The notes below the pieces were generated by a model. The model was not told the origin of the DNA. It saw only the letters and a list, made by a program, of their open reading frames with translations, and ran no database searches. A program made the translations under genes and the position numbers. This document shows, one piece after another, positions 9,403 to 19,889 of a DNA stretch of 64,000 bases. Positions within the stretch are counted from its first letter, which is position 1; the number at the start of each line of letters is the position of its first letter. Origin of the DNA: Rhizobiaceae bacterium (GTDB lineage Bacteria; Pseudomonadota; Alphaproteobacteria; Rhizobiales; Rhizobiaceae); contig JAEPQK010000007.1 of the NCBI GenBank assembly GCA_017640615.1, positions 104,407 through 168,406 on the forward strand, given 5' to 3'.

Positions 9403-10556
9403 CCATCGGAGTTGACCTCGCCGAGACTACAGCCGGCATCGATCTGCTCTATCGCGCGGCCACCGGCTCGGGCTCGGTTCTCAACGCCGAGGGGCTGATA
9501 CCGGTCGCGGTTGCCGAGGTGAACCCGCGCGAATTGCGGGATTGGTCCGAGGCCGATGCTGCGCTCGCTACACTGATCGCGCGCATAAAAGGCGAATGCG
9601 ATGACGAGCTGCGCGCGGGCTGGCTCACCGAGATGGCGCTCTCGTTGAAGTCACTGGTCGCCATGTTTTCGGGCGAGAAGATCGGGTTTGCGCAGCGGTT
9701 GGCCGATCAACTGCGGGTCGATCCCAATCCGGTTTCCGAAGACCGCCTCAATGCCGAGCGTACTACGTTGCGCGATGCGCTCGACGAGATGGGGTATCGC
9801 TCCGGCGATTTTGCAGAAGATGTCTCTGCCTGGGAAAGCAAGCGTACCGTGCCCACGGACCAGGTACTTGCGGTGCTGGGCGAGTACCAGACCGAAGCGC
9901 GCCGCCGTTGCGAAGCGCTCGTGCTCGACATTGGCGACGATTGGCTGAAACCCGAGGGCGTTACGGAGCGGCCCTATAACGCCTATTGCGACTATCCCGG
10001 CCGTTGGGTCTGGCTCAATCTCGATTTCCGCTACACGTACAGCGATCTGAAGCATCTGGCCACACATGAAGCTTTTCCAGGCCACCTGGTGCACCTGGCA
10101 AGACGCGAGGCGCTGGTGCGCGAGGGCAAAATGCCGCTTGAAGGCGCTCAGGTGGTTACATGCTCGGCGTCGAGCGCGCTGTTCGAGGGTATCGCCGACA
10201 ACGGCATCGAACTGCTCGACTGGGACGAGACACCTGAGGATGCGGCCGGCTTGGCGCTGCAGCGCATACGCAGCGCTCTCCGCTGCAATGCCTCATGGAT
10301 GATCTATGAGGAAGGCAAAAGCCTGGAAGAAGCGGTCGAAGCCACGGCCGGTCCGGCTTTCCAAGATCGACAGACGACGCGACGCCGGCTCGACTTAGTT
10401 CATCACGAACTGCGCGCACCATTCCTGTTTGCTTATTGGTGCGGCGATGAGGCGGTGCGTGCATTCAGGAAGAAGACGCGCGATGCCGACCGTCGGCATG
10501 TCGTCAAAACACTTTTCGATTACATGCACACGCCGACTACTCTTGCTGCCGCTTGA
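9399..10556 (+). CDS. Hypothetical protein, DUF885-like putative metallopeptidase
   Basis: LATHEAFPGH and downstream FEGIA resemble the DUF885 HExxPGH...EG pattern; ATGA coupling to the upstream gene. Confidence 0.65.
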   Translation: MTIGVDLAETTAGIDLLYRAATGSGSVLNAEGLIPVAVAEVNPRELRDWSEADAALATLIARIKGECDDELRAGWLTEMALSLKSLVAMFSGEKIGFAQRLADQLRVDPNPVSEDRLNAERTTLRDALDEMGYRSGDFAEDVSAWESKRTVPTDQVLAVLGEYQTEARRRCEALVLDIGDDWLKPEGVTERPYNAYCDYPGRWVWLNLDFRYTYSDLKHLATHEAFPGHLVHLARREALVREGKMPLEGAQVVTCSASSALFEGIADNGIELLDWDETPEDAAGLALQRIRSALRCNASWMIYEEGKSLEEAVEATAGPAFQDRQTTRRRLDLVHHELRAPFLFAYWCGDEAVRAFRKKTRDADRRHVVKTLFDYMHTPTTLAAA

Positions 10557-10647
10557 CGGTGCCTCGCACCCGAGAATCGCTCGATATCCGGGAGCGCTGC
10601 ACCGAACTGAGCCTACGACCGGTCGTCCTTTCCACGGTCGGGCTCCA

Positions 10648-12654
10648 TCACGACCCCAATGTTTCGAATGCCAGCACCTCTCGCGCCGCGAGCGGTTGCT
10701 GACCGATCAATAGATCGCGGCCGGCGACGAGGGCCGATACGTCAGCCGCTTCATTGCCATAGTTGATCACAAAACGGATGTTGCCATTGTCGCGGATACG
10801 CACGCCCTCAGGGAGAGGTGCGGCATCCACACCGGCCTGCGCCAGCATTTCGCCGACGATCGTCAATGCAAGTTCGTCATTTGGCCGGCCGCCGAGATAA
10901 CTGACCCGTCCCGACCGCAATTGCGCCGCGTGCCCATCTTTTGAGGTTCGCGCCACCTCAACGCCCTCCCCCGGCACAAGAAATTCGCGCCAGCCGTCGA
11001 ATGAGCCACCGTTTTGAAGCGGGACATCGACAATAGGTGGAAGGCTTTCAACCCGGCGTATCTTCATGTCGATCAGGCTCCTGAAACGGCCCGGCGGCAG
11101 ACCCTCGGCTATCTGGAAATCGTCACTCCTGGAGCCGGTTCGCGGACCCAAAAGGATGGTTGCATCGGATTTCCCAAGCGCTTCGACAATGCTCTCGCTG
11201 CCCGCGAATAACCCCGGAACAACGATGAGCTTTCGGTCGGCAATCGCCTCGACACGCGGCGGAACGACATCGATCGATATCCCGTTCCTGCGCAGCGCTC
11301 GGTAGAACCGAAACACCAGATCGAAATAGTCGAAGTCGCGGCCCTGCGGCTGGATCTTCCAGGCCCAGGCGCTTTCATAATCGAACACCAGCGCGACATC
11401 CGAACGGGTGGGACTTGCAACCGCGCCGATTGCCCGAAATTCCTTTGAGATACGGCAGCAGGCCTCATATGCCTCATTCGGCTCCGCATTCGGAAGTAGC
11501 AACGCCTCGTGCATCTGCTCCTGCGCAAATGAAGGCTGGCGCCAGCGAAAATAGCTCACGACCTCCGCCCCGGCCGCAAAAGCCTCCCATGCCCAGAGCC
11601 TCACGGCGCCGGGCCATGGGGCGGGGTTCCATGGCGCCCAGTTCACCGGACCGGGTTGCTGCTCCATCACCCACCAGCGGCCCTCGGCATCGCCGTTTCG
11701 CACCTGACCGCAGGCCCGGTAGAGATCGTGATGAAACGCCTGATTGTCGGGGTCGCCAACCCCGAGATACCGCTTCTTGTTTTCTTCATTGTGGGTGTCG
11801 CGGTCGAGAAACCCGATCGGATAGGAATCCCACGACGCAATATCGAGCTCTTCGCTCACCGCGAAGTGGTCGAAATCCAAGAACCGACCCATGAAATTAT
11901 GGGCAATCGGCACACCGGGCGAATGGGCACGGATTATGTCGGTCTGAATCTTGTTGAAGGCACAAACCTGATCCGACGAAAAGCGGTGAAAGTCGAGCAA
12001 GTGGGAGGGATTTGGTTCCGTGACCGTCAGGTTGGGAAGATCGACTTCCTCGAAGGACCGGTATTCCATCGACCAGAATACGTTGCCCCAGGCCCGGTTG
12101 AGCCTGTCGGGTGACTGGTATTTTTGACCCAACCAGTCGCGAAAAGCCGTGCGAGCAGCATCGGAATAGCTGAGCACAGTATCATGGCATCCATATTCGT
12201 TGTCGGTCTGCCAAGCCGCCAATGCGGCATGCTGGCCGTAGCGCCTGGCCAATGCGGTAACGATACGGGCGCACTCTTTCTGGTAGCCGCGGTGGCTGAA
12301 GCAATAGTGCCGTCGCGAGCCGAAACCGCGTGGTCTGCCTTCGCGATCAAGCGCAACCATGTCGGGCATACTGTCGACCAACCATTTCGGCGGTGTCGCG
12401 GTCGGCGTGCCCAACACCACGCGGAGACCATGCCTGTGCAACGTTTCGATTGCACGGTCCATCCAATCGAACGTCAGCTGGCCGGGGTCCGGTTCAAGTC
12501 GGCTCCACGCAAACTCGCCGATGCGGACATGCGAAATTCCGGCATCGGCCATCATGCGCGCATCGATTTCCCAGCGCTCTTCGGGCCAATGTTCGGGATA
12601 GTAGCAGACACCCAGCGTCTGCCTGCGAGGCTGGTCGACCGACTTGGTAATCAT
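10648..12654 (-). CDS. Beta-galactosidase, GH42
   Basis: GVCYYPEHW, RIGEFAW, WQTDNEY (acid/base), VMEQQPG (nucleophile), YFRWRQ. Confidence 0.95.
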   Translation of the reverse strand: MITKSVDQPRRQTLGVCYYPEHWPEERWEIDARMMADAGISHVRIGEFAWSRLEPDPGQLTFDWMDRAIETLHRHGLRVVLGTPTATPPKWLVDSMPDMVALDREGRPRGFGSRRHYCFSHRGYQKECARIVTALARRYGQHAALAAWQTDNEYGCHDTVLSYSDAARTAFRDWLGQKYQSPDRLNRAWGNVFWSMEYRSFEEVDLPNLTVTEPNPSHLLDFHRFSSDQVCAFNKIQTDIIRAHSPGVPIAHNFMGRFLDFDHFAVSEELDIASWDSYPIGFLDRDTHNEENKKRYLGVGDPDNQAFHHDLYRACGQVRNGDAEGRWWVMEQQPGPVNWAPWNPAPWPGAVRLWAWEAFAAGAEVVSYFRWRQPSFAQEQMHEALLLPNAEPNEAYEACCRISKEFRAIGAVASPTRSDVALVFDYESAWAWKIQPQGRDFDYFDLVFRFYRALRRNGISIDVVPPRVEAIADRKLIVVPGLFAGSESIVEALGKSDATILLGPRTGSRSDDFQIAEGLPPGRFRSLIDMKIRRVESLPPIVDVPLQNGGSFDGWREFLVPGEGVEVARTSKDGHAAQLRSGRVSYLGGRPNDELALTIVGEMLAQAGVDAAPLPEGVRIRDNGNIRFVINYGNEAADVSALVAGRDLLIGQQPLAAREVLAFETLGS

Positions 12655-12684
12655 CTTTTCAACCGGCTTTCAGCTGTCGCCATG

Positions 12685-13533
12685 TCAGCCTTTGGTCGCG
12701 CCGAGGGTCAGACCTGCAATGAAGTGACGTTGCATCAGGAAGAACATCAGCACAGGCGGCAACGCAGCAACGATCGAGCCGGCCGACACGAGGTGCCATT
12801 GGGCGATCCACTGCCCGTTCAGCGAAAACAGACCCGCCGTCACCGGCTGAACATCGGCACCCTGCGTTAGCACCGTTGCCCAGAAATACTCGTTCCAGAT
12901 GAATGTGAAGACGAGAACCGAAAGGGCGGCGATGGCCGGGCGCATGAGAGGCAGAACGATATGCCGGAATATCTTCCACTCGCTCACGCCTTCCACGCGC
13001 GCAGACTCAATCAGCTCATAGGGCAAGGCCTTGATGAAGTTGCGCATGAAAAGCGTACAGAAGCCGGTCTGGAACGCGACGTGAAAGAGGATGAGTCCGA
13101 GATAGGTGTTGTAGAGGCCCGTCTGCACGGTGAGATCGCGTACGGGCACCATAAGTATCTGGAAGGGAACGAAATTCCCTGCCACAAACATGAAAAACAC
13201 CAGTAGGTTCGACCGGAAATTATAGACCGCCAGCGCAAAGCCGCAGAGGCAAGAAAGCGCCACGGCTCCAAACACCGTCGGGATCGTCACGATGAACGAA
13301 TTGCGGATGTATTTCGCCATCGGCGTGTTGAGGAAAATCTCGATGTAGTTGCCCAGCGCGATCGTCGAAGGGACGCCGAAATAATTGCCCTGCGCCAGGT
13401 CGCTTGCCGGGCGGATCGACGTCACTGCTACGCCCAGAAGCGGCAGCAACCAGAGCAAGAGCGCCAGCGGCAGCGCGACAGTGTAGGTCCACTGAGCGGG
13501 TTGGGGCGCCTTCTGGATCGGACGTGGAAACAT
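12685..13533 (-). CDS. Carbohydrate ABC permease (MalG-like)
   Basis: ELIESARVEG, FIWNEYFW. Confidence 0.95.
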   Translation of the reverse strand: MFPRPIQKAPQPAQWTYTVALPLALLLWLLPLLGVAVTSIRPASDLAQGNYFGVPSTIALGNYIEIFLNTPMAKYIRNSFIVTIPTVFGAVALSCLCGFALAVYNFRSNLLVFFMFVAGNFVPFQILMVPVRDLTVQTGLYNTYLGLILFHVAFQTGFCTLFMRNFIKALPYELIESARVEGVSEWKIFRHIVLPLMRPAIAALSVLVFTFIWNEYFWATVLTQGADVQPVTAGLFSLNGQWIAQWHLVSAGSIVAALPPVLMFFLMQRHFIAGLTLGATKG

Positions 13534-13536
13534 CGC

Positions 13537-14472
13537 TCAGCCTCCCGACCGCTCATCATTCACCATCTTCCAGATGAAGCCGGTGATGAAAATCATCATG
13601 ATCAGGAACAGTACGACGGCGATCGCGGCGCCATAGCCCATGCGGTAGCCGTATTCCGACAGCGCCTGCTCATACATGTAAAATGAGAGCACCCGAGAGG
13701 AGCCGAATGGCCCACCATCGGTCATGATCGAAACAATGTCGAACGAGCGCAAAGCGCCAATCACCGTCACCACAATGGCGATGAATGTCGCCGGCCGCAG
13801 CTGCGGAATGATCACATACCAGAGCATGCGCCAGCCGCTTGCATTGTCGAGCCTGGCGGCTTCGATCTGGTCCGGCGAAATGTTGTTCAACCCAGTCAGG
13901 TACAGGATCATACAATAGGCGATCTGCGGCCAAAGCCCGGCCGCGACCAGCGCATAAGTCACGTAATCCGGGTCGGCGAGAAAGGCTATTCCCGTTCCGG
14001 TGACCCACTCGATCAGCTTGAATAGCAGACCGAAATTCGGCGCATAAAACCACGAGAAAATGAGACCAACCACGACCTGCGAAATAACGAAGGGGAAAAA
14101 GAAGAGCGATTTGTAGATGCGAATGCCGGTGACAGTCTGGTTGAGAAATATCGCAATGAACAAGCCAGCCGGCACGGCCAACATGAACAACACCAGCCAA
14201 ATGACATTATTTTTCAACGAGATATAGAAATTTTCGTCGTCCATCAGCTCGGCATAATTGTCGAGACCGAGCCAGGTCTTTTCACCAAGACCATCCCAAT
14301 CGAAGAACGACAGCCAGATCGAATTACCGATCGGCCAGATCACATAGATCAGGAACATCAGCAGACCTGGCGCAAGGAAGAGCCAGGGCGCGAGCTTGCG
14401 CTGGTTGCGTTTCCAGTAGCTGGTTCGCGGTGCGGAAACGACTGGCATCACCGCGGTTGCTGAGCCGCTCAT
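13537..14472 (-). CDS. Carbohydrate ABC permease (MalF-like)
   Basis: PWLFLAPG, IEAARLDNA, LRSFD; SD GGAGG upstream of ATG 14472. Confidence 0.95.
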   Translation of the reverse strand: MSGSATAVMPVVSAPRTSYWKRNQRKLAPWLFLAPGLLMFLIYVIWPIGNSIWLSFFDWDGLGEKTWLGLDNYAELMDDENFYISLKNNVIWLVLFMLAVPAGLFIAIFLNQTVTGIRIYKSLFFFPFVISQVVVGLIFSWFYAPNFGLLFKLIEWVTGTGIAFLADPDYVTYALVAAGLWPQIAYCMILYLTGLNNISPDQIEAARLDNASGWRMLWYVIIPQLRPATFIAIVVTVIGALRSFDIVSIMTDGGPFGSSRVLSFYMYEQALSEYGYRMGYGAAIAVVLFLIMMIFITGFIWKMVNDERSGG

Positions 14473-14531
14473 GATCGTCCTCCTGACAACCTGCGCAGAT
14501 GCAATTGGCGCGGCTGATGCGTTGGCGAGCA

Positions 14532-14556
14532 ACCGGGCGGCGCACTGCCGCCCGGT
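14532..14556 (-). terminator. Intercistronic stem-loop after the sugar SBP gene
   Basis: ACCGGGCGGC-gcact-GCCGCCCGGT, 10-bp stem. Confidence 0.65.
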
Positions 14557-14565
14557 CTTGTCGAC

Positions 14566-15816
14566 TTATTTGTAGATGCGCTGACGCGCTTTTTCGAGCC
14601 GCTCAAGAATGTTGTCCAACTGATCGGGCTGAACCATGAACTGCTGGAAGCCTTCCATGCCCACCTTGGCCATTTCTGCTGGGGCATCGCGGTCGAAGAA
14701 CTGGGCGATGCCGCCTTCCGCGGTCGACAGCATTTCGAAGCCGGCAACGAGGAACGGATCGTCTTCATTTACGTTCGCGTTCTTGTTGATCGGAAGCTGC
14801 CCCTGAGCCGCGTTCCACTTGGTCTGCGCCTCAGCGGAAGCGAGGAACGCCAGGAACTTCTTCGCGTCATCGACATTGCTGGCGCCGGCCGGAATGTGGA
14901 TCGTATCCGTAGGCGCTTCTTCGGCTCGCGGGATACCAGCTGTGATTTCCGGGAACACCATGAAGCCGAGGTTCTCGTCGGTCATGCCACCCTGCTTGAA
15001 CACACCGACTGCGAAATTGCCCATGACGTAGTGGGCGGCTTTGCCCTGAACGAGCAGCGCAGCGGCATCCTGCCAGTCGATCGCGGCATGGTTGGCCGTG
15101 ATGTATGGCTGGATCTTCGCCCATTCGGCGAAGGTGGCTTTCACGCGGTCATCCGTCCACTCGACCTTGCCGGCTGTCAGGTCCATGTGGAACTCATAAC
15201 CGTTGGTGCGCAGGTTCATGTAGTCGAAAATGCCGGCTCCAGGCCACAGAGCCTTCGTCCCGGTGGTCAGGCAATCGATGCCAGCTGCCTTGAACTTTTC
15301 GCAGTTCTCGACGAACTGGTCCCAGCTCACGCCGTCATCACCCGGGAGCTCGACGCCCGCAGCTTCATAGGCGTCGCGGTTATAGTAGATGCCCCACTGG
15401 TAGTAGGTATACGGAATTCCCCACTGCTTGCCGTCGATCGTCATGGATGCAAGGGCCGAGCCAAGGGAATCCTTCAGCCCGTTGTCTTCCCAGACATCCG
15501 ACACATCCATGAACTGGCCGGCATTGACGAAGGGCGCCATACGGTTGCCCGCATACCAGTTGGCAAGGTCAGGTGCATCGGCGGTCAGGAAGTTGCGGAT
15601 CGCCGTCTTGTAGCCTTCATGGTCGAAGTTGGTCAGCTGGACGTCGATGTCCGGATTAGCTGCCTCGAAGTCGGCGATCAGTTCTTCCATCGCCTTCAAC
15701 GGAATCGGATCGTAGTCTGCATTGTACTTGAGCACGCGCTGCTGGGCAGTCGCGGCCGTTGCGAGCAATGAGGCCGCCGCAAAGCCTAGAATGACGGATT
15801 TCGTCTTCAGTTTCAT
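14566..15816 (-). CDS. Carbohydrate (galactoside) ABC substrate-binding protein
   Basis: Signal peptide MKLKTK...ATA; GIPYTYYQWGIYYN; SD GGAGGAG upstream. Confidence 0.92.
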   Translation of the reverse strand: MKLKTKSVILGFAAASLLATAATAQQRVLKYNADYDPIPLKAMEELIADFEAANPDIDVQLTNFDHEGYKTAIRNFLTADAPDLANWYAGNRMAPFVNAGQFMDVSDVWEDNGLKDSLGSALASMTIDGKQWGIPYTYYQWGIYYNRDAYEAAGVELPGDDGVSWDQFVENCEKFKAAGIDCLTTGTKALWPGAGIFDYMNLRTNGYEFHMDLTAGKVEWTDDRVKATFAEWAKIQPYITANHAAIDWQDAAALLVQGKAAHYVMGNFAVGVFKQGGMTDENLGFMVFPEITAGIPRAEEAPTDTIHIPAGASNVDDAKKFLAFLASAEAQTKWNAAQGQLPINKNANVNEDDPFLVAGFEMLSTAEGGIAQFFDRDAPAEMAKVGMEGFQQFMVQPDQLDNILERLEKARQRIYK

Positions 15817-15916
15817 TGAAATTCTCCTCCCAGAAGTCGGTGGCCTGAGCCTCCAACAAAAGCTTATCGCTAAGCCTACGCCGACGGAAATCACGCCGTC
15901 AGCAATCGGTCAACGA

Positions 15917-15933
15917 GTTCCGATAAATGGAAC
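15917..15933. promoter_or_regulatory. Candidate IclR operator GTTCC-gataaat-GGAAC
   Basis: Palindrome of the TTCC-N7-GGAA type between the divergent SBP and iclR genes. Confidence 0.55.
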
Positions 15934-15938
15934 GACGT

Positions 15939-15980
15939 TTGACTATTTAGAACTATTCGCCTAACGTAAATGCTTGTCAA
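15939..15980. promoter_or_regulatory. Overlapping divergent sigma70-type promoters
   Basis: Plus strand TTGACT(15939)-N17-TAACGT; minus strand TTGACA(15980-15975)-N17-AATAGT. Confidence 0.55.
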
Positions 15981-16010
15981 GGGTTCCTCCCTTGGCTGCG
16001 GGAGGAGTTC

Positions 16011-16781
16011 ATGCATAGCGGCACAGGCACGCTGGGAAAGGCTATCGCAGTTCTGGACGCGGTTGCTGCGTCGCAGGTTCCGTTGCGATTTACGGACCTG
16101 CTAGCGCGTGTCGATCAGCCACGAGGAACACTTCACCGGCAGATATCCAATCTCGTCGAAGAGGGTCTGCTCCAGGTCAATTCCGATCATTCATACGAAC
16201 TCGGGATTCGACTGCTGAGATTTGCCTCCAACGCCTGGTCACGCAGCAAATTCAGGAACATAGCCGAGCCGCATTTGATTGAGCTGCACAAGAAGGTCGG
16301 TGAAACGATCCACCTTGGCGTGCTGCAGGGCATAGAGGTCATCTATCTCGACAAGGTGGAATCCAGCCAGGCAGTTCGCATGCACAGCCAGATTGGAAAC
16401 GCGTCGCCCTGCTACTGCACAGGCGTTGGCAAGGCCGCGCTCTCGCTGCTTTCGCCAGCGCAGCTCGAAGAGCGCATCAGCGTGATCGAGTTTCGGAATT
16501 ACACCCCCACCACCATTGCCGATGCAGACGGCCTGCGCCGAGAGATCGAGGACATTCGAGCCAAGGGCTACGCGCTCGACCGCGAGGAGCACGAAGCGGG
16601 AATTCATTGCGTTGCCGCCGCGATCGGCTCGCCCGGAGAACCGCTGGCTGCTGGCATCTCGATTACGGCCCCCGTTTATCGCCTGCCTCTTGAGACCCTG
16701 GAATCCTGGGCCGGCGAAGTGCACCAGGCCGCGGCGGCAATCACAGAAGATATGAGAGTGCGGGCCGGCCCACGGGGCTGA
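16011..16781 (+). CDS. IclR-family transcriptional regulator
   Basis: N-terminal [33 protein letters not shown]. Confidence 0.95.
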   Translation: MHSGTGTLGKAIAVLDAVAASQVPLRFTDLLARVDQPRGTLHRQISNLVEEGLLQVNSDHSYELGIRLLRFASNAWSRSKFRNIAEPHLIELHKKVGETIHLGVLQGIEVIYLDKVESSQAVRMHSQIGNASPCYCTGVGKAALSLLSPAQLEERISVIEFRNYTPTTIADADGLRREIEDIRAKGYALDREEHEAGIHCVAAAIGSPGEPLAAGISITAPVYRLPLETLESWAGEVHQAAAAITEDMRVRAGPRG

Positions 16782-16804
16782 TCGGACCTGCGGAGAGGAA
16801 CGAG

Positions 16805-17887
16805 ATGGCAGACGTCGAGCTTACCAATCTGAAAAAGTCCTTCGGCAAAGTGGATGTGATCCATGGCGTTGATCTGTCCATCAATTCAGGCGAGTTCGTC
16901 GTTTTCGTCGGGCCGTCGGGCTGCGGAAAGTCGACCCTTCTTCGTCTTGTCGCCGGGCTGGAGGACGCAACCGGCGGCAAGATCACCATCGGCGATCTCG
17001 ATGTCACACATCTCGAGCCGGCCGAGCGCGGCGTCGCCATGGTGTTCCAGTCATACGCGCTCTACCCGCATATGACGGTCGAAGAGAATATGGGTTTCGG
17101 CCTCAAGATGACCGGCACCGAAAAGCGGGTCGTTAGTGAGCGGGTAAACAAAGCCGCGCAGATTCTCCATCTCGAACAGTTGTTGCAACGCAAGCCGAAA
17201 CAGCTCTCGGGCGGGCAGCGGCAGCGCGTGGCGATCGGGCGGGCAATCGTTCGCGAGCCCAAGGTCTTTCTCTTCGACGAGCCGCTGTCGAACCTGGACG
17301 CCGAATTGCGCGTGCAGATGCGGCTTGAGATCGCAAAACTGCACAGCGACCTCGGCGCGACGATGATCTATGTGACGCATGACCAGGTCGAGGCGATGAC
17401 GCTTGCCGACAAGATCGTCGTCTTACGCGCAGGCAAGATCGAGCAGGTTGGTGCGCCACTTGAACTATATGGCAACCCGGACAACCAGTTCGTCGCAGGC
17501 TTCATCGGCTCACCGAAAATGAACTTCCTGCGCGGGGTGGTTACGGAAAGAAACGCCTCCGGCGCGACGGTCCAGCTCGGCGAGCACCAAAGCGAACCGT
17601 TCATCCTGCCGGGCATCTCGGAAGCTCAGGTCAACCAGGAAGTGCTCGTCGGCATCCGGCCGGAACATTTCAACCCGACCGGAAGCGCGTCAATCGAGGC
17701 ACCCATCGACGTCATCGAGCATCTGGGGGGCGTTTCCTATGGCTATTCCGACGCCGGCTCGGACGACCCGCTCACCATCGGGCTCACCGAGGGCGACAAC
17801 GCCACGCCTGGAGCGCGCTACACCGCGCACTTCGATCCTGCGCGCGCTTTCCTGTTCGATCCAGCGACCGGGCTTAGAGTGCGCTGA
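16805..17887 (+). CDS. Sugar ABC ATP-binding protein (MalK/UgpC-like)
   Basis: [25 protein letters not shown]. Confidence 0.95.
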   Translation: MADVELTNLKKSFGKVDVIHGVDLSINSGEFVVFVGPSGCGKSTLLRLVAGLEDATGGKITIGDLDVTHLEPAERGVAMVFQSYALYPHMTVEENMGFGLKMTGTEKRVVSERVNKAAQILHLEQLLQRKPKQLSGGQRQRVAIGRAIVREPKVFLFDEPLSNLDAELRVQMRLEIAKLHSDLGATMIYVTHDQVEAMTLADKIVVLRAGKIEQVGAPLELYGNPDNQFVAGFIGSPKMNFLRGVVTERNASGATVQLGEHQSEPFILPGISEAQVNQEVLVGIRPEHFNPTGSASIEAPIDVIEHLGGVSYGYSDAGSDDPLTIGLTEGDNATPGARYTAHFDPARAFLFDPATGLRVR

Positions 17888-17916
17888 CTTTAACGCCACG
17901 CTACGCGGCATCCACA

Positions 17917-18618
17917 CTATCGCAAGCGCGAGACGTAGCGCGCTGTATCTGGGTCAAACCAAGTTCGGGAAAACTCAGCAGACACGCCCTCATTGGTCCA
18001 TGCTGATCGTTCGATGTAACCGGCCGGTGCTCCAACGCTCAGCTGAAAGTCAGGCGGCGTCCAATCCGGCAATGCGCAGACACCGATGCGATCTTCAGCG
18101 CGGGCAATCCAAAAGCCGAGCGCCTTGCGATAAAACAGGTAGAGGGACTCGGAGAGGTCGCTCTTGGTGATCGTCTCGGCCAGCGAGCCGTCGAGCCATA
18201 TTTCTTCCACAGCCGCAAGTTTGCCGCCGAGGCTGCGCAAGCGACGGATGCGATGCCCTTCCCCGCTTGTACCGAATTGCGGCAGGTCGTCCGGCTTGCG
18301 CATGCGCACGACCGAAAGCACACGGGCGGTCGGCAGCCCACCTCCGGCGATCAGTTCGAGGCGGAACATCGCGTAGACGCTGTTCACGTCCGCTCGGGAG
18401 CGCACATAATTGCCCGACCCCTGAACACGCTCCAACATGCCCTGTCGTGTCAGCTCTGCCAGCGATTTGCGTAAGGTGCCAACCGCAATTCCGAGCGTGG
18501 CAGCCATTTCACGTTCCGGCGGAAGCTTCTCGCCGTCGACCATGCGGCCGGCAGCAATTTCGCGGATCAGCATTTCTGCGACCTGCTGATGAACTGGCAA
18601 AGAATGGCGATCTTGCAT
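17917..18618 (-). CDS. smoD: GntR/HutC-family (UTRA) regulator of the sulfoquinovose cluster
   Basis: LPPEREMAATLGIAVGTLRKSL wHTH plus UTRA-like C-terminus; divergent from smoC as in sulfo-SMO clusters. Confidence 0.75.
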   Translation of the reverse strand: MQDRHSLPVHQQVAEMLIREIAAGRMVDGEKLPPEREMAATLGIAVGTLRKSLAELTRQGMLERVQGSGNYVRSRADVNSVYAMFRLELIAGGGLPTARVLSVVRMRKPDDLPQFGTSGEGHRIRRLRSLGGKLAAVEEIWLDGSLAETITKSDLSESLYLFYRKALGFWIARAEDRIGVCALPDWTPPDFQLSVGAPAGYIERSAWTNEGVSAEFSRTWFDPDTARYVSRLR

Positions 18619-18634
18619 GAGCCTCGGCGAAAAA

Positions 18635-18654
18635 ATTGATACACTATTGATCTA
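18635..18654 (+). promoter_or_regulatory. Putative SmoD operator, copy 1: ATTGATACACTATTGATCTA
   Basis: Exact reverse complement of 26360-26379; contains an ATTGAT direct repeat at 11-bp spacing. Confidence 0.8.
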
Positions 18655-18731
18655 CATCAATACGGATGGTACCCATTTCGAAAATCCCGCCATCCGTATG
18701 GCCATAACCAGCATTTGGAACATAGCCGAGA

Positions 18732-19889
18732 ATGTCGATCGTGCCTATCACATCGCCGGATTTGGATACCTCGGAGGTCTCCTGGTTTGCCGCGCTATGT
18801 TCGGACGATTATGCCTTTCTCGGCGTGCCCGACGGTAAATTGAGGTCGAGCTGGGATCACTGTTCGAAGATCGTGAAGACAGCCGAAGCGCAGGGCTTCC
18901 GAAACATCCTTTGCCCGTCCTCCTATCAGGTTGGGCAGGACACACTTTCCTTCGTCGCGGGCTGCGCTCCAATAACATCCAAGATCAACATGCTGGCGGC
19001 GGTTCGTTGCGGCGAGATGCAGCCCATCATGCTGGCGCGCACGGTGGCCACGCTCGATCACATGCTGGAGGGCCGGCTTACCATCAACATCATCTCGTCG
19101 GACTTCCCCGGCGAAAAGGCGGATTCGGCTTTTCGCTACCGGCGCTCTCACGAGGTGGTTGAAATCCTTCGCCAGGCCTGGTCGCAGGACAAGATCAACC
19201 ACGAAGGCGAAGTCTATTCGTTCAAGGATGTCTGGACCGAGCCGGCCAAGCCCTATCAGCAAAATGGCGGTCCGCTGATGTATTTTGGCGGCTACTCGCC
19301 GGATGCGCTCACCCTGTGCGGCCAGTTCTGCGATGTGTACCTGATGTGGCCTGAGCCAAAGGAGCAGATCGCGCAGCGCATGCGCGACGCCAACGCGGCG
19401 GCCGAAAAGTTCGGACGCACGCTCGACTATGGTCTGCGTGTCCACATGATCGTGCGCGATACCGAGAAAGAAGCGCGCGAGTATGCCGACCATCTTGTCT
19501 CGAAACTCGATGACGAATTCGGGCGACTGATCCGCGAGCGCGCTCATGATTCCAGCTCACTGGGTGTCTCGCATCAGGCTCGCGCGAGAGAGCTGGCCGA
19601 TCAGTTCGGCTATGTCGAGCCGCATCTTTGGACCGGCATCGGGCGGGCACGTTCGGGCTGTGGTGCGGCGCTGGTGGGCTCCGCCGACCAGGTGCTTTCT
19701 GAAATCGAGGAGTACCGAAAGATGGGCATTCGCTCCTTCATCTTCTCCGGCTACCCGCATCTCGACGAATGTGAACACTTCGGCCGGCTCGTAATGCCAG
19801 AACTGAAAACCTGCTCGCTGCCGCATGAATATGGGCGGGTGCCAGCTGGAACGCCGGCAACCCCCCTCGGAACGGGAGCACGTCACTGA
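18732..19889 (+). CDS. smoC: Sulfoquinovose monooxygenase (LLM-class, FMNH2-dependent)
   Basis: EVSWFAALCSDDY, NILCPSSYQVGQD, LWTGIGRARSGCGAALVG and C-terminal TPATPLGxGxRH, recognised as Agrobacterium SmoC-like; adjacent AKR and flavin reductase. Confidence 0.85.
   Translation: MSIVPITSPDLDTSEVSWFAALCSDDYAFLGVPDGKLRSSWDHCSKIVKTAEAQGFRNILCPSSYQVGQDTLSFVAGCAPITSKINMLAAVRCGEMQPIMLARTVATLDHMLEGRLTINIISSDFPGEKADSAFRYRRSHEVVEILRQAWSQDKINHEGEVYSFKDVWTEPAKPYQQNGGPLMYFGGYSPDALTLCGQFCDVYLMWPEPKEQIAQRMRDANAAAEKFGRTLDYGLRVHMIVRDTEKEAREYADHLVSKLDDEFGRLIRERAHDSSSLGVSHQARARELADQFGYVEPHLWTGIGRARSGCGAALVGSADQVLSEIEEYRKMGIRSFIFSGYPHLDECEHFGRLVMPELKTCSLPHEYGRVPAGTPATPLGTGARH

Noticed and set aside
12150..12200. 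Loss of the GH42 Cys metal cluster (GCHDTVLSYSDAA) as a sign of pseudogenisation
   Set aside because: The catalytic glutamate motifs and reading frame are intact; the structural cluster is not universal in GH42.
18732..19889. Annotation as alkanesulfonate monooxygenase SsuD
   Set aside because: The sequence and the AKR/flavin reductase/sugar-ABC context fit SmoC better.
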